Below, one piece after another: positions 1 to 14,137 of a stretch of 64,000 nt of DNA. The position numbers and the translations under genes are program-made. The first letter of the stretch is position 1. Each line of letters starts with the position of its first letter. Below the pieces are notes generated by a model, which did no database searches, was not told the DNA's origin, and saw only the letters and a program-made list of their open reading frames with translations. Source of the DNA: the human T2T-CHM13v2.0 reference genome, Homo sapiens; assembly GCF_009914755.1 (NCBI RefSeq), contig NC_060926.1. One strand, given 5' to 3'.

Positions 1-2084
1 AAACGTTATTTCTTTCCAAAAATGTTTTTACCAATTTATGTTTCTATCTGCAAAGAAAGAAAGGACCCGTTTATCCCATCTTTGCTAAAATATAATTTTG
101 TTACAAATAGTATTTAATTTTGATTTATAGTCCTTTAATATGCACAATTATTAATTAAATTAATTAGAAGTTTTGCAGAATGATAGGGGAAATGTCACTT
201 TGTTTACAGGTTGGCTTTTCATGTGCTTGTACACATAATGGTAATCTCTGCTTACCTGTTATATCTCGCATTATATTTTTCCTTTTCTCCTATATTTATG
301 GCAGATTTTCTTGTTTTTTAACATCTGTGTTTTCTATTAATGGATTATACACTCCATTATATTAGTTGCTTTATATTGATTGACAAATTATCATCTTTAG
401 CAATATTATATGACAAGTTTTCTTTGCTAATAAGAATATGAATTTTAAGTCCATGAGGACTTGAAACTTTTACTTTACTGTTAATTAATTGGAGAGTATT
501 CAATATTTGGAATATTTAGTTCTTTATGTAATTATTTACTTCTTTCCTCTAATTGCCTGTCTTTTAAGGCACTTAACTTATGATTAACAACTTTACCAGG
601 AAGTTTGCAGGAAAAAAACCGAAGCTCCAAGTCAAATTATTAAATATGTTTATATAAGCTTTAATGAGTTGTTTTGTTTTTTCCCCTGTGGAAGAAGACT
701 ATTTCACCTATTAATACTTTATTAACTAGTTTAAGAAAAGAGTGCATTTATTCCATGGATAAGATGTTGTTAAAAATCAATCATTAAAATATGGGAGCAG
801 ACAAATAAAACTTTGTTTACATTTGTGCAAGTTTAGTATACCTCTAGAGTACCCTGTAAAAGCCCCTTCTTCATCTCCCCTTTATGCTACTGGGGGTTCT
901 TTTGTGTCTAGGGTTCTGTGCTTTTGTTTGACTTTATTTCACTTTCTATCCCCCATTAATTGTCAACCAGACTAGTCAGAGTGACTCTGATACAATTTTA
1001 CAAGATAATATATTATTCCTCATTATTTTTCTACAAATAAATGCCCCTGTTTTGAAATGGAAGCCTAGATAAGAAATAACCACATTATTCTACACATTTC
1101 AAAGAAAGAACACTTGTAATATATTTCTTACATATTTTGTCATGAAGAATTCAGAAGCCTTAAGGCCAACTAGGAAGCTGCAGTTTAGATTTTCTAATGG
1201 TTGGATGTCTCAGTGGAAACATTTATTTTCTTTTTAATCAGGAGATTTATGGCAGAAGATGGCCAGCTAGCTGATAGATGTCTACTGGGAACTGTCTAAA
1301 TGCTCTAGTGTTGTTTTAAATCTCTAGTTTTATATCTACTTGAACATTCTGAATTTCTCCCTTCCCCTCTTGATGACTATTAATGAACAAGCTTGAATCA
1401 TTGGTTTGCCGTGTTATAAGATGAACACTGAGCAGTCATTAAATGCTATATCAAATGAACTATGATAAATTTTTAGGTTGATGAATAGGATTTTTAAAAT
1501 CACTAAATTTCATTATGTTTTTGAGGCCCATATATTCCTTTTTAAAAGCTTTCTTTATGAGGACTTCTTAATTTCATTATATTTTAATAATAATCTATTC
1601 CTTTTAAAGTCCCAATATCATATATTTTAGGTTTTGACAACCATAGCATCTTCATAGAATGAATATCCCTAAATTCAAGCATGGCTGAAGAGAGCTATGG
1701 GTAACAAATTGCCTTGACACAGGACATCTGCCTTATAAAATGTTACTGCTTTCTAAACATTCTCTGTAAATTTATCTCCACCCTTATTTCACTCACTCTA
1801 TGGCCAAGTATTGTTTGTCACTTCATTCTCTCAACATTTGTAGTTATGTATAAAAACTATCTGTTAGGAGTTTTACATATTGGAATTACTCCATATGTTT
1901 CATACATCATTTTCTTATCCCTAATCCACTGCTTTTGTATATCTCCCCTCCTGGATCCTAAGACAAAAGGCAGGAATTGTGTCTTGTTGTCTGTTTTGTT
2001 TTCTTCTCATATTTCTTTTTATTTAATTCAAGAGAAAAGTTGAAAATACCTCACAGTACCTGCCTATCAGACAATGTGAGGTCG

Positions 2085-2175
2085 AGTGGGCCACAGCACT
2101 GGCATCACCCCAGGTTGTTAGACATGTGCTATCCCCGGCCTTATCCCAGCCCTACTGTACAGAAATCTGCATTTT
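2085..2175. mobile_element. MER5-type hAT DNA transposon fragment, cut by the L1
   Basis: GGCATCACCCCAGGTTGTTAGACATG...CCCAGCCCTACTGTACAGAAATCTGCATTTT resembles the MER5A core. Confidence 0.6.
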
Positions 2176-3905
2176 ATTTTATTTTTCTTTCCAACATTTA
2201 TTTTAGGTTTACGGGGGCAGGTGGAGGTTTGTTACATGGGTAAATTACATGTTGTGGAGGTTTGGTGTGCAGATTATTTCGTCACCCAGGTAATGAGAAT
2301 AGTACACAAAAGGTAGTTTTTCAGTACTTAACTTCCTCATACCCTCCACCTTCAAGTAGGCCATTGTGTCTGTTTTTTCTTCTTTATGTCTATGTGTACT
2401 CAATGTTTAGCTTACACTTATAAGTGACAACATGCTGTATTTGGTTTTTCTGTTCCTGTGTTAATTCTTTTAGGACAATGGCCTCCAGCTCCATCCATGT
2501 TGCTGCAAAAGACACGGTTTCATTCTTTTTATGGCTGTATAGTATTCCATGGTGTGTATTTAGCACATTTTCTTTATTTAGTCTACCAGTGATGGGCATC
2601 TAGGTTGATTCCATGTCATTGCTATTGTGAGTAGTGCTGCAATGAACATACACATATATATGTCTTAATAATAAAATGATTTATATTCCTTTGGGTATAT
2701 ACCTACTGATGAAATGGCTATGTCAAATGGTAGTTCGGTTTTAAGCTCCTTGAGAAATCTTCAAAACGTTTTCCCCATTGGCAGAACTAATTTACAGTCT
2801 TATTAGCAGTGTATAAACATTCCCTTTTCTCCACAATTTTGCCAGCCTCTGTTATTTTTGAATTGTTAATAGCCATTCTGACTGGTGTAAGGTGGTATCT
2901 CATTGTGGTTTTGATTTGCATTTCTCTAATTATTAGTGACGTTTATCGTTTTTCCTTATGTTTGTTGGTCACATGCATGCCTTCTTTTGAGAAGTGTCTG
3001 TTCATGTCTTTTGTCCACTTTTTAATGGGGTTTGTTTTTTGCTTGTTTATTTAAGTTCCTTATAGATTCTGAATATTAGACCTCTGATGGATGCATAGTT
3101 TGCAGATACGTTCTTCCTTTCTGAGGTGAGGGTTGTCTGTTTGTTGTCTGCTTGGCAGAGGCTCTTTAATTTAATTAAGTCCCACTTGGGAATTTTTGTT
3201 TTTGTTGCAATTGCTTTTGGCATCTTCATCATGAAATCTTTGCTGGGACCTATGTCCAGAGTGGTATTTCCTAGGTTATCTCCTAGAGTTTTTATAGTTT
3301 TAGGTTTTGCATTTAAGTCTATAGTCCATCTTGAGTTGACTTTTACATATGGTGAAAGGAATTTCAATTTTCTGCCTATGACTAGCCAGTTATCTCAGCA
3401 TCATTTATTGAATAGGAAGTCCGTTCCTCATTGCTAGTTTTTTTTACTTTGTTGAAGATCAGATGGCTGTAAGTGTATGGCTTTATTCCTGGGTTCTTTC
3501 TTCTGTTCCACTGGTCTATGTCTGTTTTTGTACCAGTAAGTACCATGCTGTGTTGGTTACTGTAGTCTTGTGGTATAGTTTGAAGTCAGGTAGTGTGATT
3601 CCTCTGGCTTTGTTTTTCTTGCTTAGTATTGCTTTGGCTATCTGGGCTCTTATTTGGTGCCATATGAACTTTAGAATAGTTTTTTTCTAATTCTGTGATG
3701 AATGTCCTTGGTAGTTTGATAGGAATGGTATTGAATCTGTAAATGGCTTTGGGCAGTATAGCCATTTTATCAGTATTGATTCTTCCTTCTCATGAGCATA
3801 GACTGTTTAACCATCTATGTTATCTCTGATTTCTTTCAGCAATGTTTTGTAATTCTCAATGTAGAGATATTTCATTGTCCTGGGTAGCTGTATTGCTGTA
3901 TTCCT

Positions 3906-3907
<2 letters not shown>

Positions 3908-3947
<40 letters not shown>
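3908..3947. repeat. (GT)n microsatellite inside the L1
   Basis: About 20 GT units. Confidence 0.95.
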
Positions 3948-3948
<1 letters not shown>

Positions 3949-5440
3949 TATTGTGAATGGGATTGCCTCTTTGATTTAGATCTCAGCTCTGACATTATTG
4001 GTGCATAAAAATGCTACTGATTTTTGTACATTGATTTTGTATGCTGAAGCTTTGCTGAAATTGTTCATCTGATCTAGTAGCCTTTTAGCAGAGACTGTAG
4101 GGTTTTCTAGTATAAAATCCTATTGTCCACAAACAGAGATAGTTTTATTTACTCTCTTTCTATTTGGATAGCTTTTATTTCTCTCTCTCGCTTGATTACT
4201 CTCACTATGACTCCCAGTATGTTGCTGAATAGGAGTAGTGAGAGTGGGCTTCCTTGTCTTTTTCTAGATCTTAAGGAGAACGTTTCCAGCTTTTGCCTAT
4301 TCAGTATGGTGTTTGTCATTGGCTGCGGTTTTGTCATAGGTGGCTCTTATTTTAAGATATACTCATTTCATGCCTAGTTTGTTGAAGGTTTTTAACATGA
4401 TGCCATGTTGAATTTTATTGAAAACTTTTTCTGTGTCTATCAAGATGATCATGTGGTTTTTATTTTTAGTTCTGTTTATGTGCTGAAGCACATTTATTGA
4501 TTCACGTATGTTGAACCAACCTTGCATCCTAGGGATAAAGCCTACTTGATCATGGTGGATTAGCTTTTCAATGTGCTGCTGGATTCAGTTTGCTAGTATG
4601 TTGCTTTTACCTCTATGAGGATTTTTACATCTATGGTCATCAGGGATATTGGCCTGATATTTTCTCTTTTCATTGTGTTTGTTTTTAGGTTTTGGTATGA
4701 TAATGATACTGGCCTCACAGAATAAGTGAGGGAGGATTTCTTCCTCCTCAATTTTTGGGAAGAGATTCAGTAAGATTGGCACCAGTTCTTTATATGTCTG
4801 GTAGAATTTGGCTGTTAATCCCTCTCATCCAGGGCTTTATTTGGTTGGTGGGTTTTTTATTACTTATTCAGTTTTGGAACTCACCCGGGAATTTATCCAT
4901 TTCTTCTGTTTTCTAGTCTGTGTTAATAGAGGTGTTTATAATAGTCTGAGGTTTTTTGTATTTCTGTGGAGTCAGTGATAATGTCTCCTTTGTCACTTAT
5001 GATTGTGTTTAATTTTCTCCCCCTTTTTATTATTCTAACTAGTGGTTTATTAATCTTATTTATTTTTTCAAAGAACCAACTTTTGGCTTCATTGATCTCT
5101 TCTATGGTTTTTCATATCTAAATTTAATTTAGTTTAGCTCTGTTTCTGGTTATTTCTTTTCTTCTGCTTGCTTTGAGATCAATTTGCCCTTGTTTTACTC
5201 GTTCCTTTAGGAGTGATGTTATGTTGTTAATTTGAGATCTTTTAAACTTTTTCATGTGTGCTATAGACTTTCTTCTTAATACTGCTTTAGCTATGTCCCA
5301 GAGATTCTGGCATGTTACTTCTTTGTTTTTCTTAGTTTCAAAGAATTTATTGATTTCTACCTTAATTTCATTGTTTGCCCAAAAGTCATTCAGGAGCAGG
5401 TTAATTTCCATGTAATTGTATGTTTTTGATAGATCTTCTT

Positions 5441-5782
<342 letters not shown>

Positions 5783-7237
5783 TAGTTTTGATTTCTATTT
5801 TTATTGCTCTGTGTTTTGAGAGTATGGTTGGTATGATTTCAGCTTTTTTAAAAATTTGTTTATAATTGCTTTATGGGTGAACATGTGATTGATTTTAGAG
5901 TATTTGCCATGTACAGATGAAAATTATACATCTTCTGTTTTTAAGGGATGAAGAGTTCTGTATATGTCTGTTAGGTACATTTGGTCAAATGTTGAGTTCA
6001 GGTCCTGAATTTCTTTGTTAGTTTTCTGCCTCAATGATCTGTCTAATACTGTTGGTTGGGTGTTGAAGTCCCCCATTACTATTGTGTGGTTATCTAAGTC
6101 TCTTTGTAGGTTCCTAAAAAGAGAATTTCTGTGCCCCAGTGTTGGTTGCAAATATAATATTCTTCTTTTGTCTTTTTTGATCTTTGTTGCTTTAAAGTCT
6201 GTTTTGTCTGAAATTAGAATAGCAACTCAATATTTTTTTGGCTTTCTATTTGCTTGGTAGATTATTGTCCATACCTTTACTTTGAGCCTATGGGTATCAT
6301 TGCATGTGAGATGGTTCTCCTGAAGTCAGCATATGCTTGAGTCTTTCTTCTTTATCCAAATCTTCACTTTGTGCCTTTTAAGTGGGGTGTTTATCCTGTT
6401 AAGTGGGGATGTTTAGCCTCTTTATGTTTAAGGTTAATACTGATATGTGTAGATTTGATCCTGTCATCATGTTGTTAGAGTAGCTTGTTATGTAAACTTG
6501 ATCATGTAGGTGTTTTATAGCGTCAGTGGGCTATTTATTTAAGTTTGTTTGTTTGTTTGTTTTTTTGGTGGCCAGTAATGGTCTTTCATTTTCATGTTTA
6601 GCACTCCCTTAAAGACCTCTTGTAAAGTGGGTCTGTGATAACAAATTCCATTAGCTTGTCTGAAAAGGATTTTATTTCTCCTTCTCTTACGAAGCTTCAT
6701 TTGGCTGGATAGGAAATTCTTAGTTGGACTTTCTTTTCTTTAAGAATACTGAATATAGGCCCCACAGTCTCTTTTGGCTTATAAGGTTTCTACTGAAAAG
6801 TCCATTATTAACCAGATGGGGTTCCATTTGTAGGTCACCTGCCTCTCCTCTCTAGGGGCCTTTAACATTTTTCTTTCATGTTGACCTTGGAGAATCTGAT
6901 GACTGCATGTCTTGGGGATGGTCATCTTTTACAGTATCTCAGAGGATTTTTCTGAATGTATCTTTAATGCCTTAGCACAGTGTTGGCATTTATGTGGGCA
7001 CTAAATTATATCTGTTGGATAAATGAAAGGAATATTTTAGCTTTATAATTAAGGTGGTAATTTTATTCTTAAAGTAATACATGATTGTAGCAAAAATTCA
7101 AGCTTGCAGAAGACTGTAAATTCTGTTGTTCGGAGATTACCAAGTTTAGTGAGTGTATCTGTAAATTTTCTGGGAATGTGAAAATTTACACAGACAGACA
7201 CACATACATATTTCCTGCTTTTTTGTGTGTGTGATGA

Positions 7238-7757
7238 TCTCAGGTCTGTGAAGGTTCTGGAATTTGATTTTACCTCACATAAAAGCTAAAAGTTAGCTTG
7301 TTATTATGTCATGGATTTGGGCAGAATGGACTTCTGTATTAGAGCAAAGGACATTTTTTACTCATGGCACAGGAAGTACATGAGCCATCAAATGTCACGT
7401 GTCAATGCAGTTTGTCACATATTGGTCTTTTAACACATGCTTGCATATACGGATATCCATTCTATGAAGATGCTATGACTATAAAAGTACAATATATGTT
7501 TGTGTGTGTTCCACTTGCTTCCTGTGTCCTATTGAGGGTATGTGGATAGCCCCAGTGGATTCCTACTTACATGGTGGGTTGCATTACAGAAAAAGACCAA
7601 TAACCTTAGATAAGCTACTATTTTATAATAAACATTTTTCAATATTCCTTACTGCAAACACAGTTATGAAAAGTGGCCTGGCTGTTTGGGGCCTTGCATT
7701 CTTGGCATCCCCAGCAAGAAGTATTAGGAGTTTATGAGAGTGGAGGAGTGTCTCTCA
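7238..7757 (-). mobile_element. Old ERV LTR (MER31/MER67-like), 3' LTR of the adjacent relic
   Basis: Minus strand begins TGAGAGA after a purine tract and contains TTCTTGCTGGGGATGCCAAGAATGCAAGGCCC. The far end (CTGTGAAGGTTCTG...AAGCTAAAAGTTAGC...CATGGATTTGGGCAGAA...AAAGGAC) resembles MER31/67/21-group LTR ends as I recall them. Confidence 0.65.
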
Positions 7758-9480
7758 ATGATATCCACTTTTGATCTTTGATCATGTTGGCTTCTGGTGA
7801 AATTTCATGTGATTATGGCACTCCATTGAACACCCTAAATAATATGACAGTGGCTGGGGTCAGATGTATTTAGTTTTTCTCATACAGCATTTATATAAGG
7901 CTATTATGAGCAGAACTTCTAACAACAGGATTAGGCCAACTTGGAGTTTTGACTTTACTCATGTTTCCCTGTGGTCCGGGACTCAGTCACTGTAAATAAG
8001 TCTAAGAGGATATCAATAGGTTTTATTCTATAAAGCCAAACTGTGGTAGTCTAAGAACAGTGTATTATCCAGCACAACTGACACAAGGGAGTTTACATAG
8101 AACTGCTTATCTTTGGTTATCATTGCAATAGATGATTTAATAGAATCTGAATTTCCATGGAGAGATAGTCCATGGCTCACTCAGCCCATATACAAACATA
8201 TAGCCCAAAGGGACATAAATCTGTCCAATCAGGATTTTTTATTTAACTTTATTTGGATCATCATTACATTGGTCTGATTAAGCATGTGTCATGTCACTGA
8301 AGAGTTGTAGCCTGGATTGTTTACATGGCATAAGCCAAAGTGCTCAGATATCAGGAGAAGCAAGTGAATTTCTATCAGCCAGATAGAAACAATGTTATGC
8401 AAGTTCCTGTGTTTGTTTAGGTGGGAGGAAGGGTATCTTTTTGGGAGCAGCCATTTATGGCATCAGGCACAGCAGAGCAGTTCAGGACTGGCCATGCCCA
8501 CATGAGTTTTTCTGTTTCATAGCACTTGGAAGAGATGACAAATGGAACAGCAGGCTGGATTGTCAGCCACAGATGCTACTTCACTCAGGCAGGCCATATG
8601 ATTATTTTGCCAGGCTCTGATTCTGGATCTAGGTGACAAACAGAGCATTAATTAACCCATCCTCTTCCCCACAACTCTTGGTGTACAAGCCATTTCTTCC
8701 CCAGATGTCAGTTATTGCTTTCTCCACAGCCATGAAATTTTGTGTGCCCTATTTCAGTATAACTTTGCTTTACTTCTCTCCAGTCCTCTATTAATCTAAC
8801 CCAGAGCTTTGATATGAAAGTATTAAATGCAAGTGGAACAGAGACATTTTTACAAAATATACAGAGACTCATTATACCTCCCATGTTTGCCCACATAGGC
8901 CATTGTAGAGGGATTCAGTTAGCAGTAGAGTTAGCTGTCTGTGTCTGCAGTTTCTGCATTCGCAGATTCAAGTAACCTTGGATTGAAAATATTTGTGAAA
9001 GAACACAATAAAAATAGAAATACAACAATAAAATCACAGATAAAAACAATTTAGCATTAACAACTATTTGCATAACACTCACATTGTATTAGGTGTTATG
9101 AATAATCTAGAAATGACTTAAGGACTACAGGAATATGTGCATAGGTTATATACAAATACTATGTCATTTTATATAATGGACTTGAGCTTTGAGTTTGGAA
9201 AATCTAATACCTTGACTATCATTTTATTATTAGGTGGCCTTTGCAACAAATGGCACAACATTGCCAGACTGTAGATGGTCTGGAAACCAGCAAATATGAC
9301 CCAGTTTAGTTTCATGGGCCACAGTGGTATGGCTGGAGGTGACTGATTGGCCTGAAACAGCAGCCCTGTAGCCTGAAACCAGGTAGGATGGTGATGTAGG
9401 CACCTTTATCACAGAGAGCCATAAATATTCTTATTCCCGCCATCCCTTCTTAGCGATGAACCATACTTGTGTTTCAGGCC
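7758..9480 (-). pseudogene. Decayed ERV internal sequence: integrase core and env relics
   Basis: 9230-9412 SGYRAAV...TTVAHETKLGHICWFPDHLQSGNVVPFVAKAT (integrase core-like); 8615-8526 AWQNNH...NPACCSICHL (SU CxxC-like); 8220-8185 IYVPLGYMFVYG; 8093-8046 NSLVSVVLDNTLFLDY (TM immunosuppressive-domain-like). The order is correct for a provirus. Confidence 0.72.
8928..9190. mobile_element. MER2-type Tigger DNA transposon inserted in the ERV relic
   Basis: AACAACTATTTGCATAACACTCACATTGTATTAGGTGTTATG...GTGCATAGGTTATATACAAATACTATGTCATTTTATATAATGGACTTGAGC matches the MER2 body. Confidence 0.75.
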
Positions 9481-9568
9481 AAGGATAGGATTTACAATTT
9501 ATTTTAAATGTGATAGAAGCTGTTGATCAATAATGAGCAGAACAGGGAAGATATCTAATTAAATTTAA

Positions 9569-9858
<290 letters not shown>

Positions 9859-9944
9859 ATTAAATTTAAATTTTAACAGGAACCACCTGCCTTTTGTGAG
9901 AAGACTAGATTATAATGGGGGTGCATTTAAGATGCTAAGACATA

Positions 9945-10495
9945 GCATATGATCAAGCAATTCTACACCTAGGTATATACCCACGAACAATGAAAACATA
10001 TGTCTACAGAAAATTTGTACCTAAATGTTAACAGCTTAAATTTTTCATAATAGTCAAAAGGTAGAAACAACACAAATGTGCATCAAGTGATGAATGGATA
10101 AATAAAATGTGTATAGCTATACAATGGAATATTATTTGGCAATAAAAAGAAATGAAGTACTTGTATATGCTACAATGTGAATGAACATTGAAAACATTGT
10201 GCTAAATGAGAGAAGACAGTCATGAAGGCAACATATTGTATGATTCAATTTGTATGAAACATTCAAAATAGGAAAATTCATAGCCAATAAATCAGATTAG
10301 TAGTTACTTATGTCTATGGATGATGGTAGGATTGAGGGTTCTAGCAAAGGGGAGTGGTTTACTTTTTGAGGAAAGGAAATGCCCTAAAATTGATTGTGGT
10401 GATAGACACACAATGTGTGACTATATTGCATTGTATACTTTAAATGAGTGAATTATCAGATATATGAATTATATCTCAATAAAACTTTTTTAAAA
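9945..10495 (+). mobile_element. L1MB-type 3' end
   Basis: CATATGATCAAGCAATTCTACACCTAGGTATATACCC...GAATGGATAAATAAAATGTG...TATATCTCAATAAAAC. Confidence 0.85.
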
Positions 10496-10499
10496 CAAT

Positions 10500-12230
10500 C
10501 TAAGGCAGCATTTCAAAATCCTGGTGGCTGCTTGGTCTATAGTTGTAGTGGTGGAATTGGTGAAAAGTGGCACAGAATTTGCTGCACAATCAAATATGGA
10601 ATGTGAAAGAAACAAGTTGCTAGAAAGGAGTACACGGTTTATGGCCAACCTATACCAAATGCTGCTGAGTATTTATGTAAGATGATGATTAAGAATTGAT
10701 CATTGGATTTGACCGTGACCTTATCACATGAGGTTTCCACGTAGTGGCAGGACCTAAAGCCTGTGAAGTTTAAGAGAGAATGGGAAGATAGGGATGTATA
10801 GACATATGTAATTATTGTCAAAAGTTTTACATTAAGGGTGAGTAGATGGATGTAGGGATACCTGAAGAGAGGTGTATGGTGAAATTACTTTATTCAAAGA
10901 TTATTATTAATATAACATCTTTGCATATTGGTAATAATGACTTGTTAGAGAAGATAAACTAATGCAGAAGAGAAAAGTGCATTAGTCAAATCCTTGAATA
11001 TGTGAGGGTAGAGGGTATTGCATTCTTTAAAGGGACAGTTCACCAGGGTAACAGTTGGACTTGTAGAATTTGGTATGGTAGTAATGGAAACAAGCAAGCA
11101 ATACATTTAACATGGCAGTATGCAAAATTCTCTTCTGATTGTTTATATGTTCTCTGTTAAATGTAGATGCATAGTGATCAGCCATGAGAAAAAGAAAGTG
11201 TGGAGATGACAGTATGAGGAAGTCAAATAAGCTGCAAAATTGTTGTCTGAAAGATGGAGATTGATTTGGACTCCACTGCAGTGTGGGCTCATAGATTTAA
11301 AATGAGAAGTGGTGGAATAATTTGGGAGTTTCATGACAGCCATGTTCACCTGTTTGCATGTAGAAGTGGAGTATAGGAAAGTGAATTTAACTAGCCAGTG
11401 TTTTAGTTTGCTGGGGCTGCCCTAATGAATACCACAGACTGGGTGCCTTAAACAACAGAAATATATTTTCTCTCACATTTCTGGAGGCTAGAAGTCCAAA
11501 ATCAAGATGTCAGCAGTGTTGATTTTATTCTGAGTCCTCTTTTTGTGGTTGGTAAATGGACGCCTTCTCTCTGTGTCTTCACATGGTTTTCCTGTGTCCT
11601 AATCTCCTTGAAGGGTACCAGTCATATTAGATTAGGGTCCACCCATCACACTTCATTTTGTCTAATTACCTTTTTAAATCCCCTATTTCCAAATATGGTT
11701 CCATTCTAAGATACTAGGGGTTAGGACTTGCACCCATGGATTTTTGGAATGTGGCAGGCAAGGGCAATTCAGCCCATAACAACAAATGCTGGAGTTTTAA
11801 AATTTAAATATATTGGAGTGAGAGAGGGCGTATGTAAGAGAAGCGTAATCCTGTTCTCATATAGCTTACCATTTAAGAAAGGGGGACAAATAAGAAACAA
11901 AAAAAACCCCACAATTTTTCAATAAATTGGGGGTGATAATTGCTAAGAAGGAAAATTAAGTGGGGTGAGAAGACAGTGAGTAAGGTGTGTGTGCTGTTTT
12001 ATATAGGCTGATAGGAAAGCTCGTGGTGATGTGACATTTGAGCAGGAAGGAAGGAAGATCTGAAGGAAACAAGAGCAGGGAGCCATGAACCTATGACTGG
12101 GCAGAGAAAGCACAATCGCACATGCCCTGAGGCAAGCTAGTAATTCGTATATTTAAGGAACAGCCAGGAGACCTAAGTCACTGATGTGAACATGGTAGGA
12201 AATGAGATCAGAAAGGCATGAAGTAGAAGC
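10500..12230 (-). mobile_element. Degenerate L2 fragments (interrupted by the MLT1 LTR)
   Basis: Purine-rich decayed L2 motifs, e.g. GTGACATTTGAGCAG...GAAGGAACAGCCAGGAGACC...AATGAGATCAGA; boundaries approximate. Confidence 0.55.
11399..11781 (-). mobile_element. MLT1-family (ERVL-MaLR) solo LTR
   Basis: TGTTTTAGTTTGCTGGGGCTGCC...TTCTGGAGGCTAGAAGTCCAAAATCAAGATGTC...AATTCAGCCCATAACA. Confidence 0.9.
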
Positions 12231-12589
12231 TCTCTTATCTGGTGAACTTGTGACTACAATTTATTTAATCAAAAGTTGATGATGTCAGGGAATCATATGA
12301 TACCTATTTACCTTTAAAAGGGAGGTACAATTTACATTGAGTGAAATGCACTGATCTTAAGTGCACAGTTCAATGAGTTTTCACTATTGTAAAACCTTGT
12401 GTGACTCATACCACATTAGAAACTACATCTAAAATAGTTCTGCTTTGTGGTACTTTTGTTATCCAATCCCCTGAACACCTATACACTGAGCATGCAATGT
12501 TTCTGCAAGGGTGGGTAGGGAGAATCCTCATTGTTTTTTCTTGCTCTTAGAATGATGTTTCTGATGATAACAATATGTGTTACTACTAG

Positions 12590-12820
12590 TAATAATAACT
12601 AATCTATATTGAGTTCTTATGTGCCAGGCACTGTTATAAGAGGTTACGTGTTACATCCCTGTACTCATCCTAGCCTTACAAGGTAACTACTATTCGCATT
12701 TTGTGAGTAGGAAAACCAAGGCATTAAACATTTAAGGAACTTGAATCAAGTTGCACAATTAGTGAGTGTTGAAACCCAGACTCAAATCATGACAATGTAA
12801 CTCTGAAACGTTTTCTTTTA
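12590..12820 (-). mobile_element. MIR
   Basis: TATTGAGTTCTTATGTGCCAGGCACTG...CATTTTGTGAGTAGGAAAACCAAGGC core. Confidence 0.75.
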
Positions 12821-13102
12821 CAGGCTATGTTAGGTTCCCTCCTGAGAATTGAATTTTAGCGTATCATCAATATTCTCCCTTTCCTTAGTGTATATGCAAA
12901 TGAGGGCATTTTTTGTTGTTGTTTTTTTCAGTTTTGTTTATTGCTTCTCTTCTACCATCTTTCAGTAAAAGGCATTTATTTAGCATTATATTTGTTGGCT
13001 TCTTTGTCTCTTAGTTTAACCTTTAGTGTGATGTGGTTATTACAGTGGACACTTTGGTTTAGGCTGTGAGTGGATTTCCTGGGTTTAACTTAAGTTTTTG
13101 TC

Positions 13103-13398
13103 TTTTTTTTTTTTTTTTTGACAGAGTCTTGCTCTGTTGCCCAGGCTGGGGTGCAATGGTACAATCTCAGCTCACTGCAACCTCCGCCCCCCAGGTTCAA
13201 GTGATTTTCCTGCCTCTGCCTCCTGAGTAGTTGGGATTACAGGAGTCCGCCACCACGCCCAGCTAATTTTACATTTTTAATAGAGACCGGGTTTTGCCAT
13301 GTTGACCAGGCTGGTTTCGAACTCCTTACTTCAGGTGATCTACCTGCCTCAGCCTCCCAAATTGCTGGGATTACAGGTGTGAGCCACCGTGCCCGGCC
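13103..13398 (-). mobile_element. AluSx/Sq-like
   Basis: Full dimer with poly-T and a CCCGGCC end. Confidence 0.95.
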
Positions 13399-13907
13399 AA
13401 TTTCTTATCTTTATTCATACAAAGATCTGTTTTCCTATCAGTCAGACCTGAAGCTAATTTATGGTATTTTTTCAGGGCTTACTCACTACGTTTATCAGCC
13501 CATAAACCAAACTGCAAAATTATTTGGTCATTAGTTCACAGAAGCTCCTGCCTAACTATTTAAAACATTTAAAGTATGCTGAGTGCCTGAAACTTCTGGA
13601 AGCATTACCAGCAGCCTTACACTAGTTTCCAGGATCCCTTGGCAGCCTCAAGGATAGCCTCAGAAAATAGACTGAAAACATTTGCTCCCATTACACAATT
13701 TTCTACAAAAGAAAGTTTATGACTATAGATAAAAATATGTCTAATAGCAAGTAAAATAGATTCCCTAAGTAATAACTTCCTAATTAAAAAAGAACAACAA
13801 ATAAAAAACCAAAGCAAAAACAAAAGCTTTTTTCTTCTTAATTTAACAACATAGTTACAAAACCCTAAACTTTATCTAGATTTTATTTCTTATATTTAAC
13901 ATCAAAA

Positions 13908-14137
13908 TTTTTTTTGAGATGGAGTTTCTCTCTTGTTGCCCATGCTGGAGTACAGTGGCACTATCTCCGTTCCATTACAGGCACACGCCACCTTGCCTGG
14001 CTAATTTTTGTATTTTTAGTAGTTACAAGGTTTCAGTATGTTGGCCAGGCTGGTCTTGAACTTCTGACCTCAGATGATCCGCCCGCCTCAGCCTCCCAGA
14101 GTTCTGGGATTACAGGCATGAGCCACTGTGCCTAGCC
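13908..14137 (-). mobile_element. AluS with internal deletion in the right arm
   Basis: GGCACTATCTCCGTTCC is joined directly to ATTACAGGCAC; the usual intervening ACTGCAACCTCC...GTAGCTGGG is absent. Confidence 0.9.

Noticed and set aside
1-900. Possible very old antisense L1M remnant
   Set aside because: Resemblance is faint; boundaries cannot be supported without an HMM search.
8000-8650. Possible domesticated syncytin-like env gene
   Set aside because: Stops, frameshifts and missing furin/fusion/CX6CC segments; reported only as a fossil.
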